Shown here in pieces: positions 20,019 to 29,015 of a stretch of 64,000 bases of DNA. The stretch comes from Planctomycetota bacterium. Its GTDB lineage: Bacteria; Planctomycetota; UBA11346. Each line of letters opens with the position of its first letter. Positions within the stretch are counted from its first letter, which is position 1. The notes under the pieces are model-generated. The model did no database searches and had not been told where the DNA came from. It saw only the letters and a program-made list of their open reading frames with translations. A program made the position numbers and the translations under genes. The stretch spans positions 29,783 to 93,782 of the forward strand of contig JBBQSO010000010.1 in the NCBI GenBank assembly GCA_038213805.1, written 5' to 3'.

Positions 20019-22340
20019 CTACGGCTTCACTCCGGCCGTCGCCGGACCGTACGCGGCCATCTGCCCGCATGACGAAAACGCCTGCGCCGGGGCGTCGCCG
20101 CTCGCGGGCCGGCCGGCGACGCGCACCGCCACCGCAGTCGTCGGCTCGGCCAGGGTGCAGGTGAAGCGCGCGCCCTCATGCAGGCTGCCGGGGCTGGTCG
20201 CCGTGGTGGCGGGGTAGTCCGCAAAAGTGCCGACGGTAACCCAAGGCGCGCCCTCGGCGGCCTGCGCCTGCACGACCGGTCGGCTTGACGAGGTGTCGAA
20301 CCAGCCCCCATCGTGCGCGGTCATCCCGTGCGTGAACTGCACGCTGGCGATGGTCACGGGTGCAGGCAAGGCGACCGCGAACCAGTCCAGATCGGCCTTC
20401 GCACCGTTCCAGGTGACGACCACCCGGCCGTCGACGACCGAACCGGAGACGTTGCCGCTGCGTGAACGGCTCTCGCTGCCATCGGCCAGCAGGTTGCCAT
20501 CGGGGCGCGCGGCCCCGGCGATCGGCAGCCACACCCGGTAGGTCGAGCGGCGGTCGGACGCGGCATCCGCGCCCGGGGCCGGGCCGGTGCCCGCGGTCGC
20601 GAACGGCGCGAGCAGCGTGGTGCCGCCGTGCGTGGTGATGCGGAAGATCTCCGCATGCGCCCAGTCCTTGTACGGCCCGCTCGCCGGCTGGGGAGCGATG
20701 GCGAGGTCCGCGATCGCCGTGGTGTCGAGCAGCGGCCGGTCCGAACCGCGCGGATCGAGCGCCGCGTCGGCGGCGAGGACCAGCGGGCCGTAACAGATGG
20801 CGGCCTTGTTCTGGTTGGCGTGGTCTCCGACCACCACGCGCGGCGTCGGCGGCAGGGTCAGCAGCAGGTGTTCGGTGCCGCTCCAGGTGCGGCGGACCAC
20901 GACGTAGCCGTCGGGCCCGGGCTGCACCGGCAGCGCCTTGCCGCCCAGGGCGAGTGCCGCCGTGGCGCACCACGCCGGGATGCGCAGCCGCACGCTGAAG
21001 GCGCCGGGCTGCGCTGCCACGATCGCGATATCGACCGCGGATCCGGAGGGGTAGGTGGTGGAGATGGTCACGCCCACCTCGGCGCCGCCAGCGAGCCGCA
21101 GCTGCGCATGCGCGGCGTCTTCGAGGTTCACCACCACGCCCTCGGCGTCGGTGGTGATCGCGAAGGTCGGGATGAGCGCGAATCCGCGCGGTCCGCTCGA
21201 CAGGCAGCACTGGCCGTCGAGGGTCGAGGTGTACGGCTTGGTGCCCTCCATCTGCACGTAGTAGCCCCAGGCGCGCCCATCCGGCCGCTGCGCGCCGGGC
21301 AGCTGGTTGTAGACGATGCGCTCAAGCTCATCGGCGTAGCGCGCCTTGCCGGTCAGGCGCAGCAGGTGGGCGTTGAACTGCAACCACGTGACGGTGACGC
21401 AGGTCTCGCCGACGTTGCTGGTGTTCGGCAGGTTGAAGTCCTCGTGGAAGTGCTCCTTCCAGCTCGCCGTGCCGGTGATGTAGCGGCGCTTGGCGACGAT
21501 GTCGCTCCAGGCGTTCTCGCCGGCGGTGAGCAGGTCCTTGTCGCCGGTCACGCGGTACCACTCGAGCATGCCGTCGATGCACGACATCATCTCGTAGGCC
21601 TTGGCGTTGCCGACCTGGTCGACGCCGCGGCCCGCGACCAGACGCGACACGATGTGCGGCCCAGTCGGCGTCTCCCACGCGCGCATGACGTAGCGGCAGA
21701 AGTCGCGGTAGCGCTCCTCCCCGGTGAAGCGGTACATCCACACCATCGGCTCGAGCACGCTGCCCGCCGCCATGCCCTTGTGCGCGCCTGCGCCGTTGAG
21801 GTCGCGCTTGCCCTCGCCGAAGTCGCGGCACAGCAGGTCGGCCATGGCGCGGCAGCAGGGCAGCGCGCTGCGGTCGCCGCTCAGGCGCATCCAGGTGACC
21901 AGGCCGATGAGGTTGTACTTGTGCGCCCACACGTCCCATTCCGTCCAGCGCTGCGCCGGCAGGTAGGTGCCGAGGTAGCCGTCCTCCTGCTGGCAGGCGA
22001 CGAGCTCGGCGACCGCCTTCGCGATCTTGGCGTGCAGCCGCTCGTCGCCGCTGTTCGCCCAGGCCAGGCTCGCGGCGTGCAGCCACTTGCCGACGTGCTC
22101 GCCATCCCAGGTCTGGCGACCGGGCCGCTTGCGGTAGCCCTCGAGCAGACGGTCGACGTCGATCTCGAGCAGGCGGTTGACGGTGCTTGCCTGGATGCGC
22201 GCACCGACCATGCCCTCGAGCTGCACGCGGTCCGGCACCTGCGCCTCCTGCACGTCGGCCACCGCCGCCGGGACGACATCCGGCACGGGGGTGATGGCGG
22301 CGGGGGAGGCGAGACAGGCGAGCAGGAGGATGGGCAGCAT
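20019..22340 (-). CDS. GH127/GH146-like (beta-L-arabinofuranosidase family) hydrolase with C-terminal beta-sandwich
   Basis: WDGEHVGKWL, QQEDGYLG, KAYEMMS, GETC and QCC Zn/Cys motifs, LRIPAW, YGPLVL. Confidence 0.88.
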   Translation of the reverse strand: MLPILLLACLASPAAITPVPDVVPAAVADVQEAQVPDRVQLEGMVGARIQASTVNRLLEIDVDRLLEGYRKRPGRQTWDGEHVGKWLHAASLAWANSGDERLHAKIAKAVAELVACQQEDGYLGTYLPAQRWTEWDVWAHKYNLIGLVTWMRLSGDRSALPCCRAMADLLCRDFGEGKRDLNGAGAHKGMAAGSVLEPMVWMYRFTGEERYRDFCRYVMRAWETPTGPHIVSRLVAGRGVDQVGNAKAYEMMSCIDGMLEWYRVTGDKDLLTAGENAWSDIVAKRRYITGTASWKEHFHEDFNLPNTSNVGETCVTVTWLQFNAHLLRLTGKARYADELERIVYNQLPGAQRPDGRAWGYYVQMEGTKPYTSTLDGQCCLSSGPRGFALIPTFAITTDAEGVVVNLEDAAHAQLRLAGGAEVGVTISTTYPSGSAVDIAIVAAQPGAFSVRLRIPAWCATAALALGGKALPVQPGPDGYVVVRRTWSGTEHLLLTLPPTPRVVVGDHANQNKAAICYGPLVLAADAALDPRGSDRPLLDTTAIADLAIAPQPASGPYKDWAHAEIFRITTHGGTTLLAPFATAGTGPAPGADAASDRRSTYRVWLPIAGAARPDGNLLADGSESRSRSGNVSGSVVDGRVVVTWNGAKADLDWFAVALPAPVTIASVQFTHGMTAHDGGWFDTSSSRPVVQAQAAEGAPWVTVGTFADYPATTATSPGSLHEGARFTCTLAEPTTAVAVRVAGRPASGDAPAQAFSSCGQMAAYGPATAGVKP

Positions 22341-22370
22341 GAAGAGCTCCGGGGGGCGGGGAGGCACTGG

Positions 22371-22507
<137 letters not shown>

Positions 22508-22589
22508 AGTTGGCGGTGTCCGTGTGCCAGAATCGCTATCGCGACAGAGAAGATACCGGCCCCAGGGGTCGACGTTCATTGAAAATCAT

Positions 22590-22608
22590 TTGCGCAAACG
22601 TTTGAGTA
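22590..22608. promoter_or_regulatory. LacI-family operator-like palindrome
   Basis: CAAACGTTTG perfect palindrome (22595-22604) with central CG in an AT-rich patch upstream of GH127. Confidence 0.5.
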
Positions 22609-22782
22609 GCGATTTTGCGCAGATACTCGGCGCATCGACCTGCATGCTGGAACTCGGGTCGCAGCAGACACTGACAGGCATGCGGCCCAGTGGGCCGCTC
22701 TCGATAGGACGGAAAAAACGGCCAAGCCAGCGTCAGCGGTTCCAACCATCCCCGTTGACCCGGAAGCTGCCAACCGCGCTGC

Positions 22783-23334
22783 TCAGCGCCGCTTCCGCGT
22801 CTTCGCCTTCGCCTTCACCGGAGCCGCCTTCGCTTTCACCGTCTTCCTACCCACTTTCACAAACCCCCACAGCGTGATGATCATCCCGCTCGGCGTGCGC
22901 AGCTTGCAGGTGCGCATCGGGTTCTCTTCCCCCCACTCGGCCTTGAGGTCCTGCACGATGCGCACCTTGCGGCGCTTCAGCGCGGCCACAGCCACGGCGA
23001 TGTTGCCGAGCATGAACTGGAGGTTCAGCTCGGCCGCCGTGCGCTTCGCCGCATGGATGGTGAAGGCGAATTCGCCATCCGGGGTCATGATCATCGCGTG
23101 GCCATCCCACATCGCGTTGACCTTCATGCCGAGGATGTCGAGGTAGAAGCCGAGCTCGGCCGGGAAGTTGCTGACCCCGAACTCGGTCACCGCCTTCCAG
23201 CAGTCGCCCCAGGTGAACGGATAGGGATGGCCGGGCGCGGGCCACAGCTTCTCCCAGTCCTCACGGGACGTGATCTGCTTCAGGGCCTTGAGGCGCCGGC
23301 GGCCCAAGGTGGTACAGGTGGCGGTGATGCCCAT
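22783..23334 (-). CDS. VOC/glyoxalase-fold protein with basic C-terminal tail
   Basis: FYLDILG, LKRRKVRIV, EWGE..R...LRTPSG pattern; GGAG RBS before ATG 23334. Confidence 0.75.
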   Translation of the reverse strand: MGITATCTTLGRRRLKALKQITSREDWEKLWPAPGHPYPFTWGDCWKAVTEFGVSNFPAELGFYLDILGMKVNAMWDGHAMIMTPDGEFAFTIHAAKRTAAELNLQFMLGNIAVAVAALKRRKVRIVQDLKAEWGEENPMRTCKLRTPSGMIITLWGFVKVGRKTVKAKAAPVKAKAKTRKRR

Positions 23335-23453
23335 GCGAACTCCATGGATGCGGTTGATCCCGGCCCATGCGGCTCGGGACCCAGCCACCCTAGGAGGCGT
23401 CCCAGCCATTGCCATCCGCCCGTGGCGCCTGCCGAAGCAGGCCTTCCAGGATG

Positions 23454-23972
23454 TCAGTGCGTCAGGACCAGCGTCGCGGTCTTGCGGCTGCCACCGATCT
23501 TCCATACCGCATCGATGAACAGCGGATTGACCGCCAGGCGCGTGGCCACGGCTTCAGCGATGCGCTCGCTGGTCGCGCGCGTGCACGGCGTCTCCTTGTC
23601 CAGCTTCAGCTCGTCGAGCAGGGCCTGCAGGGCGTCCTTGGCCAGACCGGGAATGTGCACGGTCTCGAGCGTGATCAGGTTGCGCGGCTTGACCGCCCAG
23701 GTCAGGCGCATGCCGCCCGTGACGAAGGTGTTGGCGGCTTTGACGTCGGGATCGAGGTAGCCCAGCTCGCGCAGCTGCATGACGATCAGCTCGCGATCCG
23801 CCTTCTCCTTGGCACGGTCGTAGGCGCCGCCCTTGGCGTTCGCGAGCTGGGCGGCGACCGCATCCGCCATCAGGCCGGCCGGCAGACCGTCAATGACAAC
23901 CTCGGCGATGGCCACCGCGTGGGCGTGGGCGACGACGGCGAGCAGCAACAGCAGGCAGAGCAGCGGGCGCAT
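23454..23972 (-). CDS. Secreted stand-alone POTRA-like protein
   Basis: Signal peptide; IAEVVIDG...GGAYD...D...LRELGY then a second repeat; no beta-barrel. Confidence 0.6.
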   Translation of the reverse strand: MRPLLCLLLLLAVVAHAHAVAIAEVVIDGLPAGLMADAVAAQLANAKGGAYDRAKEKADRELIVMQLRELGYLDPDVKAANTFVTGGMRLTWAVKPRNLITLETVHIPGLAKDALQALLDELKLDKETPCTRATSERIAEAVATRLAVNPLFIDAVWKIGGSRKTATLVLTH

Positions 23973-24061
23973 GGGATGACTCCGGGTCCGGCGGCAGCAT
24001 AGGTCCCCCACGGGGATCGCCACCGGCACTGCGAGCGAGCCGGGACACCGAACCGTCGTAC

Positions 24062-24221
24062 CGCAGAGGCGCAGAGCGAAATCAGGAGGCCCCAGCGTGG
24101 TTATTTCCCTTGTCGCTTCCGCTCTGAGGCCACGGCGGCGAAAGCCGACCTCCATCAGCATTGCGCGATCCTACGACCGCTGTCCTCTGCGGACTCGTGC
24201 CTCCCCCTCTGCGCCTCTGCG
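24062..24221. repeat. REP-like inverted repeat pair
   Basis: CGCAGAGGCGCAGAG (24062-24076) and exact reverse complement CTCTGCGCCTCTGCG (24207-24221), 130-bp spacer. Confidence 0.85.
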
Positions 24222-24276
24222 TTAAATCCCTCTGCTGACTGGTCGGGCCGCTCCACCCGGCGATCCGACCCTGCCG

Positions 24277-26511
24277 TCACGGCAGCGCGTTGATCGTCCC
24301 ATACACCGTCGCCGTCACCGCCGCCCCATCCGCCGCGGCGATCTTGCAGGTCACCACCTGGCAGTTCACCGGGCGCATGCCGGGGATGGCCAGGACCACG
24401 GTGCGACCGTCGGCCTTGAGATGGGCAGCGCTGATCTCGAGATGGTCGCGGCGCTTCTGCGTGGGATCGGCGACCGAGACCTCGGGCGAGCCGTAGCTGG
24501 CGCTCCAGACCACGTTGAACTGCTCGGCCGTGTAGTTGCCGACGTCCTCGGCGGCGGCCTTGTCGAGGGCGCTGGTGAAGGTGATCTCCACGCCGTCGTG
24601 GGTCGCCACCCAGGCGCAGGCCATGCGCACCGGCGCACCGGTGTAGCGCACGCGCTGCAGGCAGCCGTCGCGCCCACCGCTGGTCTGCCAGCCGCGCAGC
24701 CCGCACACGTAAAGCTGGCCGTCGGCCGGGCTGAAGCGCGCGCGCATGATGCCGCTGGCGAAGGTAAGGGGAAAGCGCGTGAGCGCGCCCTGCATGACGT
24801 CGCCGACCGTCTGGGTCATCGCCGCGAAGAGCGTGCACTTGCCGTAGGACAGGTGCAGCATGCTGCCGGCGAACGGGCCCCAGCGCCCGTCCGGCACCCA
24901 CACCTGGCCGCCGCTGCTGTTGTCGATGTCGTAGGGGATCCAGATGATGGGTGGATCGCGCTTGGTCGGCTTCACCGGCCCGGGCACACCGTCGGGGATG
25001 CCGACGAAGGCGCCTTCGCGGATGCGGTTGATCGGACACACCGGCACCCATGAGCCCTGGTTGTCGCCAGCCACCATCTCGCCGTGCGGCCCGACGCCGA
25101 TGCCGTTGGGCGCGCGCAGACCGCGCGCCACCACCTCGAGCTTCGCGCCGTCGGGCGAGAGCTTGAAGTAGCAGCCGTTGGCGTCGCACCACAGGTCGAA
25201 GTTGGGGCCGCCGCGCCCGGGGGTCGACGCCTTGGCGAAGTAGAGGTTGCCCTGGGGATCGGTCTGCAGGTCGAGCATGAACTCGTGGAAGTGCCGGGTC
25301 AGCTCCATGTCGCTGTTGAAGCTCTCGTAGAAGTCGGCCTCGCCGTCGCCATCGAGATCATGCAGGCGCACGATGCGGTCGCGGCAGGTGCAGAGGATGT
25401 CCTTGCCGACGATCTTCAGGCCGAGCGGCTGGTACAGGCCGCTGGCGTAACGCTTCCACGTCAGATCCTGCAGGGCGCCGTCGATGCCGCTGACGATCCA
25501 CACGTCGCCGCTCCAGGTGCACAGCGCGGCGCGCTTGCCGTCCGGGAAGAAGTCGAAGCCGCCTGGGCGCATCCACGCGTGCCAGGGGTTCTCGTCAGGC
25601 AGTGTGAGGGTGTCGACGGCGTAAGGCGCGTCGGCGGCGGGTTTGCCCAGGCTGCCGTGGGTGACGACGGTCTCCGCCCAGCGCGCCGGACCACCCGTGG
25701 TCAGCGCGGCGAGCGGTTGCGCCGGGCCGGCGTCGCCCGCACCGATCACGGCGGTCAGCGTGCGCGCAGCGGTGGCGGCGGGCAGCACGGCGATGACGCG
25801 GCCGTCCGCCTCGGCGATGGTCGCGCCCGCGGCGTCGCCGCCCAGAATGCAGCGCGTGCCGGCGGCGGCGAGGTCGACGCGCAGCTCCTGGGCGCTGGGC
25901 GCCAGCGAGAAGGTCCGCACCAGGCCGCCCGCGGCGGTGAGCGACGGGCGCTCAAGCATGGCGCAGCCGTCGGCGACGTAGGACAGCACCACGTCCTGCC
26001 CGTGCAGGTAGTAGCCGCGCGGGCGCAGCCACGCGGCCGGCAGCGGCTGGCCCTCGCGCGTCCGGTCGCTGGCGCCGGCGGGCACGTTGTAGGCGGCGCG
26101 CCGCTCCTCGCGCGGATCGGTGAAGCTGCCGGCGTGCGCCCAGCCCGGTCCCATCGGGCTGGAGAAAATGATGGAGCCGGCGGGTTGCGGCTGGGCGTGG
26201 TGCTCGCCGTTGAAGACCACGTTGCGACCATCGAGGAAGCCGCCGCTCCACAGCGCCGCCACGCGCATGGTCTCGAGGTCGTAGCACACCCAGGTCTGCT
26301 TGGCAGGGTCGAGGCGCACCAGCAGCGCGCGCAACACATAGGTCTTGTCGACCAGCAGCGTACACGAGAAGGCCGGACCGTAATCCATCTGCGCCCAGCG
26401 CGGCGCATCACCGGCGCGCGCGGCCAGCACCAGGGCAAGCAGCAGCAGGGCGCGCAGGCAGGATACGGAACGCGGGCCACGAGCAGGGCGAAGGGTCATG
26501 ATCAGCTCCAA
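24277..26511 (-). CDS. DUF6797-like protein with C-terminal beta-propeller (PVC-type)
   Basis: Signal peptide, WAQMDYGP, NPWHAWMR.GGFDF, GLYQPLGL, DLDGDGEADFYE, GLRAPNG, DNQGSW. Start 26511 or 26499. Confidence 0.7.
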   Translation of the reverse strand: MELIMTLRPARGPRSVSCLRALLLLALVLAARAGDAPRWAQMDYGPAFSCTLLVDKTYVLRALLVRLDPAKQTWVCYDLETMRVAALWSGGFLDGRNVVFNGEHHAQPQPAGSIIFSSPMGPGWAHAGSFTDPREERRAAYNVPAGASDRTREGQPLPAAWLRPRGYYLHGQDVVLSYVADGCAMLERPSLTAAGGLVRTFSLAPSAQELRVDLAAAGTRCILGGDAAGATIAEADGRVIAVLPAATAARTLTAVIGAGDAGPAQPLAALTTGGPARWAETVVTHGSLGKPAADAPYAVDTLTLPDENPWHAWMRPGGFDFFPDGKRAALCTWSGDVWIVSGIDGALQDLTWKRYASGLYQPLGLKIVGKDILCTCRDRIVRLHDLDGDGEADFYESFNSDMELTRHFHEFMLDLQTDPQGNLYFAKASTPGRGGPNFDLWCDANGCYFKLSPDGAKLEVVARGLRAPNGIGVGPHGEMVAGDNQGSWVPVCPINRIREGAFVGIPDGVPGPVKPTKRDPPIIWIPYDIDNSSGGQVWVPDGRWGPFAGSMLHLSYGKCTLFAAMTQTVGDVMQGALTRFPLTFASGIMRARFSPADGQLYVCGLRGWQTSGGRDGCLQRVRYTGAPVRMACAWVATHDGVEITFTSALDKAAAEDVGNYTAEQFNVVWSASYGSPEVSVADPTQKRRDHLEISAAHLKADGRTVVLAIPGMRPVNCQVVTCKIAAADGAAVTATVYGTINALP

Positions 26512-26543
26512 GGGGGTGCAGCAGGTTATTCGGCCAACCCTTG

Positions 26544-26565
26544 CTAATGTTTAGCTAAAGTTTAG
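26544..26565. promoter_or_regulatory. Tandem operator-like palindromes in divergent intergenic region
   Basis: CTAATGTTTAG followed immediately by CTAAAGTTTAG, 10 bp before the LacI ATG. Confidence 0.55.
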
Positions 26566-26574
26566 AAAAGGTCC

Positions 26575-27612
26575 ATGACCAAGCTTCGCAGGCCTGCCAA
26601 ACCCCCTTCCCTGGCCTCGGTCGCGCGTGCTGCCGGGGTCAGCGCGGCCGCGGTCTCGCTGGTGCTGAGCGGGCGCGACCGCGACTACGGCCTGAGCACC
26701 GAGACCGCCGCGCGCGTGCGCGCCGCGGCCACCGCCCAGGGCTACCAGCGCCCGACCCGTCGCCGCGGCCCGCCGCGCCTGCACGTGGTGCATTTCGAGG
26801 ACCTGGTGCGCATGGAGGAGCGCGGCCTGGGCGCCAGCGTGCTGCAGCCGCTGATGGCGGCGCTGGCCGCGCGCGGCTGGCTGGCCTCGGTCGACGCGCG
26901 CCTGCCCGACGACCCTGCGGCGCCGGGCGCGGCGGTGCTGTCGGCCAGCGCGGTGGTGGTGCCGGTCAACCTCGGCTACGACGCGGCCGCCGGCGCGCTG
27001 GTGCGCGCGGCGGCCGCCGGCGGCGTGCAGGCGGTGGTGCTCGGCCGCATCCTGCCCGATGTCACCGCCATCCAGATCGACGGCGACCAGGAGGGCGGCG
27101 GCCGGCTCGCCGCGGAGCACCTGCTCGCGCTCGGCCACCGCCGCATCGCCCTGGTCGGCGGCGTCAGCGGCGATCCGCACAGCGCCGCGCGCCTTGCCGG
27201 CTTCAGCGCGGCCGCGCGCCTGGCCACGCCGCGCGCCGCGCTCGAGCAGTGGGGCGAAGGTGGCTACAGCGTCGCCGGCGCGCACCGCCTGGTGGCGGCG
27301 CGGCTCGCCGCGGGCGACCGGCCCACCGCCATCTTCTGCGCCAACGACCGCATGGCGCTGGGCGCGCTGCTGGCGCTGCGCGAGGCCGGCGTGGCGGTGC
27401 CGGGCCAGGTCTCGCTGGTCGGCTTCGACGACCAGGCGGAGTTCGCCGCGGTCGCGCCCGGCCTGACCACCGTGCGCCTCGATGCCGAAGGCGCCGGCCA
27501 GCGCCTCGCCCTGCTGCTCGACCCCGCCACCGCTCCGTCCGCCGAACACATCATCCTGCCCGCGCGCCTGGTCGTGCGCGGCTCGACCGCCAGCCCCGGG
27601 AAGAAACCATGA
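26575..27612 (+). CDS. LacI-family transcriptional regulator
   Basis: HTH SLASVARAAGVSAAAVSLVL, HLLALGHRRIA, PTAIFCANDRMALG, VSLVGFDD, LVVRGST. Confidence 0.95.
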   Translation: MTKLRRPAKPPSLASVARAAGVSAAAVSLVLSGRDRDYGLSTETAARVRAAATAQGYQRPTRRRGPPRLHVVHFEDLVRMEERGLGASVLQPLMAALAARGWLASVDARLPDDPAAPGAAVLSASAVVVPVNLGYDAAAGALVRAAAAGGVQAVVLGRILPDVTAIQIDGDQEGGGRLAAEHLLALGHRRIALVGGVSGDPHSAARLAGFSAAARLATPRAALEQWGEGGYSVAGAHRLVAARLAAGDRPTAIFCANDRMALGALLALREAGVAVPGQVSLVGFDDQAEFAAVAPGLTTVRLDAEGAGQRLALLLDPATAPSAEHIILPARLVVRGSTASPGKKP

Positions 27613-29015
27613 CCATGCGCCACCTCGCCGTCGCCCCCGCCAAGCACCTGGTGCGCCCGCCCGCGCGCCTGCAGCCGATCCAGGCCAGCGCCGGCACGCC
27701 CTCCGTCGACCTGGCGCGCGTCGCCAACGACATCAAGGACGTCGCGACCCTGGCGCCGACCATCGTCATCGACAGCCCCGAGCACTGGGAGCGCGTGGTG
27801 CGCGGCCTGCCGGCCGACATCGACGGCATCCTGCCGCTGTCGATCCCCGCCTATCCCACCGAGGTGTGGAACAGCCACCCGCAGGCGCTGGTCGACCGCG
27901 GCCTGCCGGTGGTGTTCTGGTGCCTGCCCGAACACGACGAGCCCGACTTCTGGCGCTGGTCGGCGCGCGACATGCTGCAGTCGCTGGGCATCGCCGTGCA
28001 CCTGGTCGACAGCCGGCGCAGCGGCCTGGCGCTGCTGCGCGCGCTGGCGGTGAAGCGCCAGCTCACCGGCGCCACCATCGCGGTGTTCGGGGTGCAGAAC
28101 TTCCCCTGGAACGCGCACGCCGCCGGCGCGCACATGGAGCGCGCGCTCGGCCTCAACGTCCAGGTCCACGACCTCGACCCGATGCGCGAGCGCGCGGACG
28201 CGATCAGCGACGCGCAGGCCCTGGAGTTCTGGAAGGGACGCTCATCGCGCTACCGCGAGAACGGCGTGGCCAAGCCGTGGCTGCTCGGCGCGGTCAAGAC
28301 CTGGCTGGCGATCCGCAGCGTGTTGGAGGAGACCCGCGCCCTGGGCTTCGGCGTGAACTGTTTCGGCGACCTCATCCCGCGCGGCCACCGCGACGTGCCC
28401 TGCCTGGCCCAGGTGTTGGCGCGTGAGGAGGGCTACCTGGCGGCCTGCGACGGCGACTTCTGCTGCCTCGCCTCGATGGCCATCGCCACGCATCTGACCG
28501 GGCGCACCTGCACCATGTCCAACCTCTACCCGGTGTCCTACGGTGGTGCGCTCGCCGCGCACTTCGGCGATCCGCTCGCGCCCGATCCGGCCGCCTTCGC
28601 GCGCGACGAGTGGGCCAACCTCGGGCGTCTCGCGCACTGCGGCTTCGCCGGCGTGGTCTCGCCCGAGGTCGCGGAAGGCGGCACGGTCGATTTGCGCGAC
28701 TGGGGCGGCACCTACGAGATCAAGCGCGACGGCCGCGGCTGCGGCGTCGACGGCGTGATGCCGGCCGGACCGGTGACCGCGCTCGAAGTCAAGTTCGACG
28801 GCCGCACCCTGCTCGCCGCGAAGGGCGAGGTGCTGGAGACCACCCGTCACCCGCACCTGCCGCACTGCGAGAAGAGCGTGCTGATGCGCTTCCGCAATCT
28901 GCCCGGCTTCGTCAGCCGCATCTCGCGCGAGCACCCCGCCATCGTTTACGGCGACCACCTCGCCGACCTCGCCATCGCCGCGCCGGTGCTGGGCATGGCG
29001 CTGGAGACCTTCTGA
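27609..29015 (+). CDS. L-fucose/L-arabinose isomerase-like protein
   Basis: GVNCF, PCLA, ACDGD, LAHCG, C-terminal EHPAIVYGD; ATGA overlap with the LacI stop. Confidence 0.75.
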   Translation: MTMRHLAVAPAKHLVRPPARLQPIQASAGTPSVDLARVANDIKDVATLAPTIVIDSPEHWERVVRGLPADIDGILPLSIPAYPTEVWNSHPQALVDRGLPVVFWCLPEHDEPDFWRWSARDMLQSLGIAVHLVDSRRSGLALLRALAVKRQLTGATIAVFGVQNFPWNAHAAGAHMERALGLNVQVHDLDPMRERADAISDAQALEFWKGRSSRYRENGVAKPWLLGAVKTWLAIRSVLEETRALGFGVNCFGDLIPRGHRDVPCLAQVLAREEGYLAACDGDFCCLASMAIATHLTGRTCTMSNLYPVSYGGALAAHFGDPLAPDPAAFARDEWANLGRLAHCGFAGVVSPEVAEGGTVDLRDWGGTYEIKRDGRGCGVDGVMPAGPVTALEVKFDGRTLLAAKGEVLETTRHPHLPHCEKSVLMRFRNLPGFVSRISREHPAIVYGDHLADLAIAAPVLGMALETF

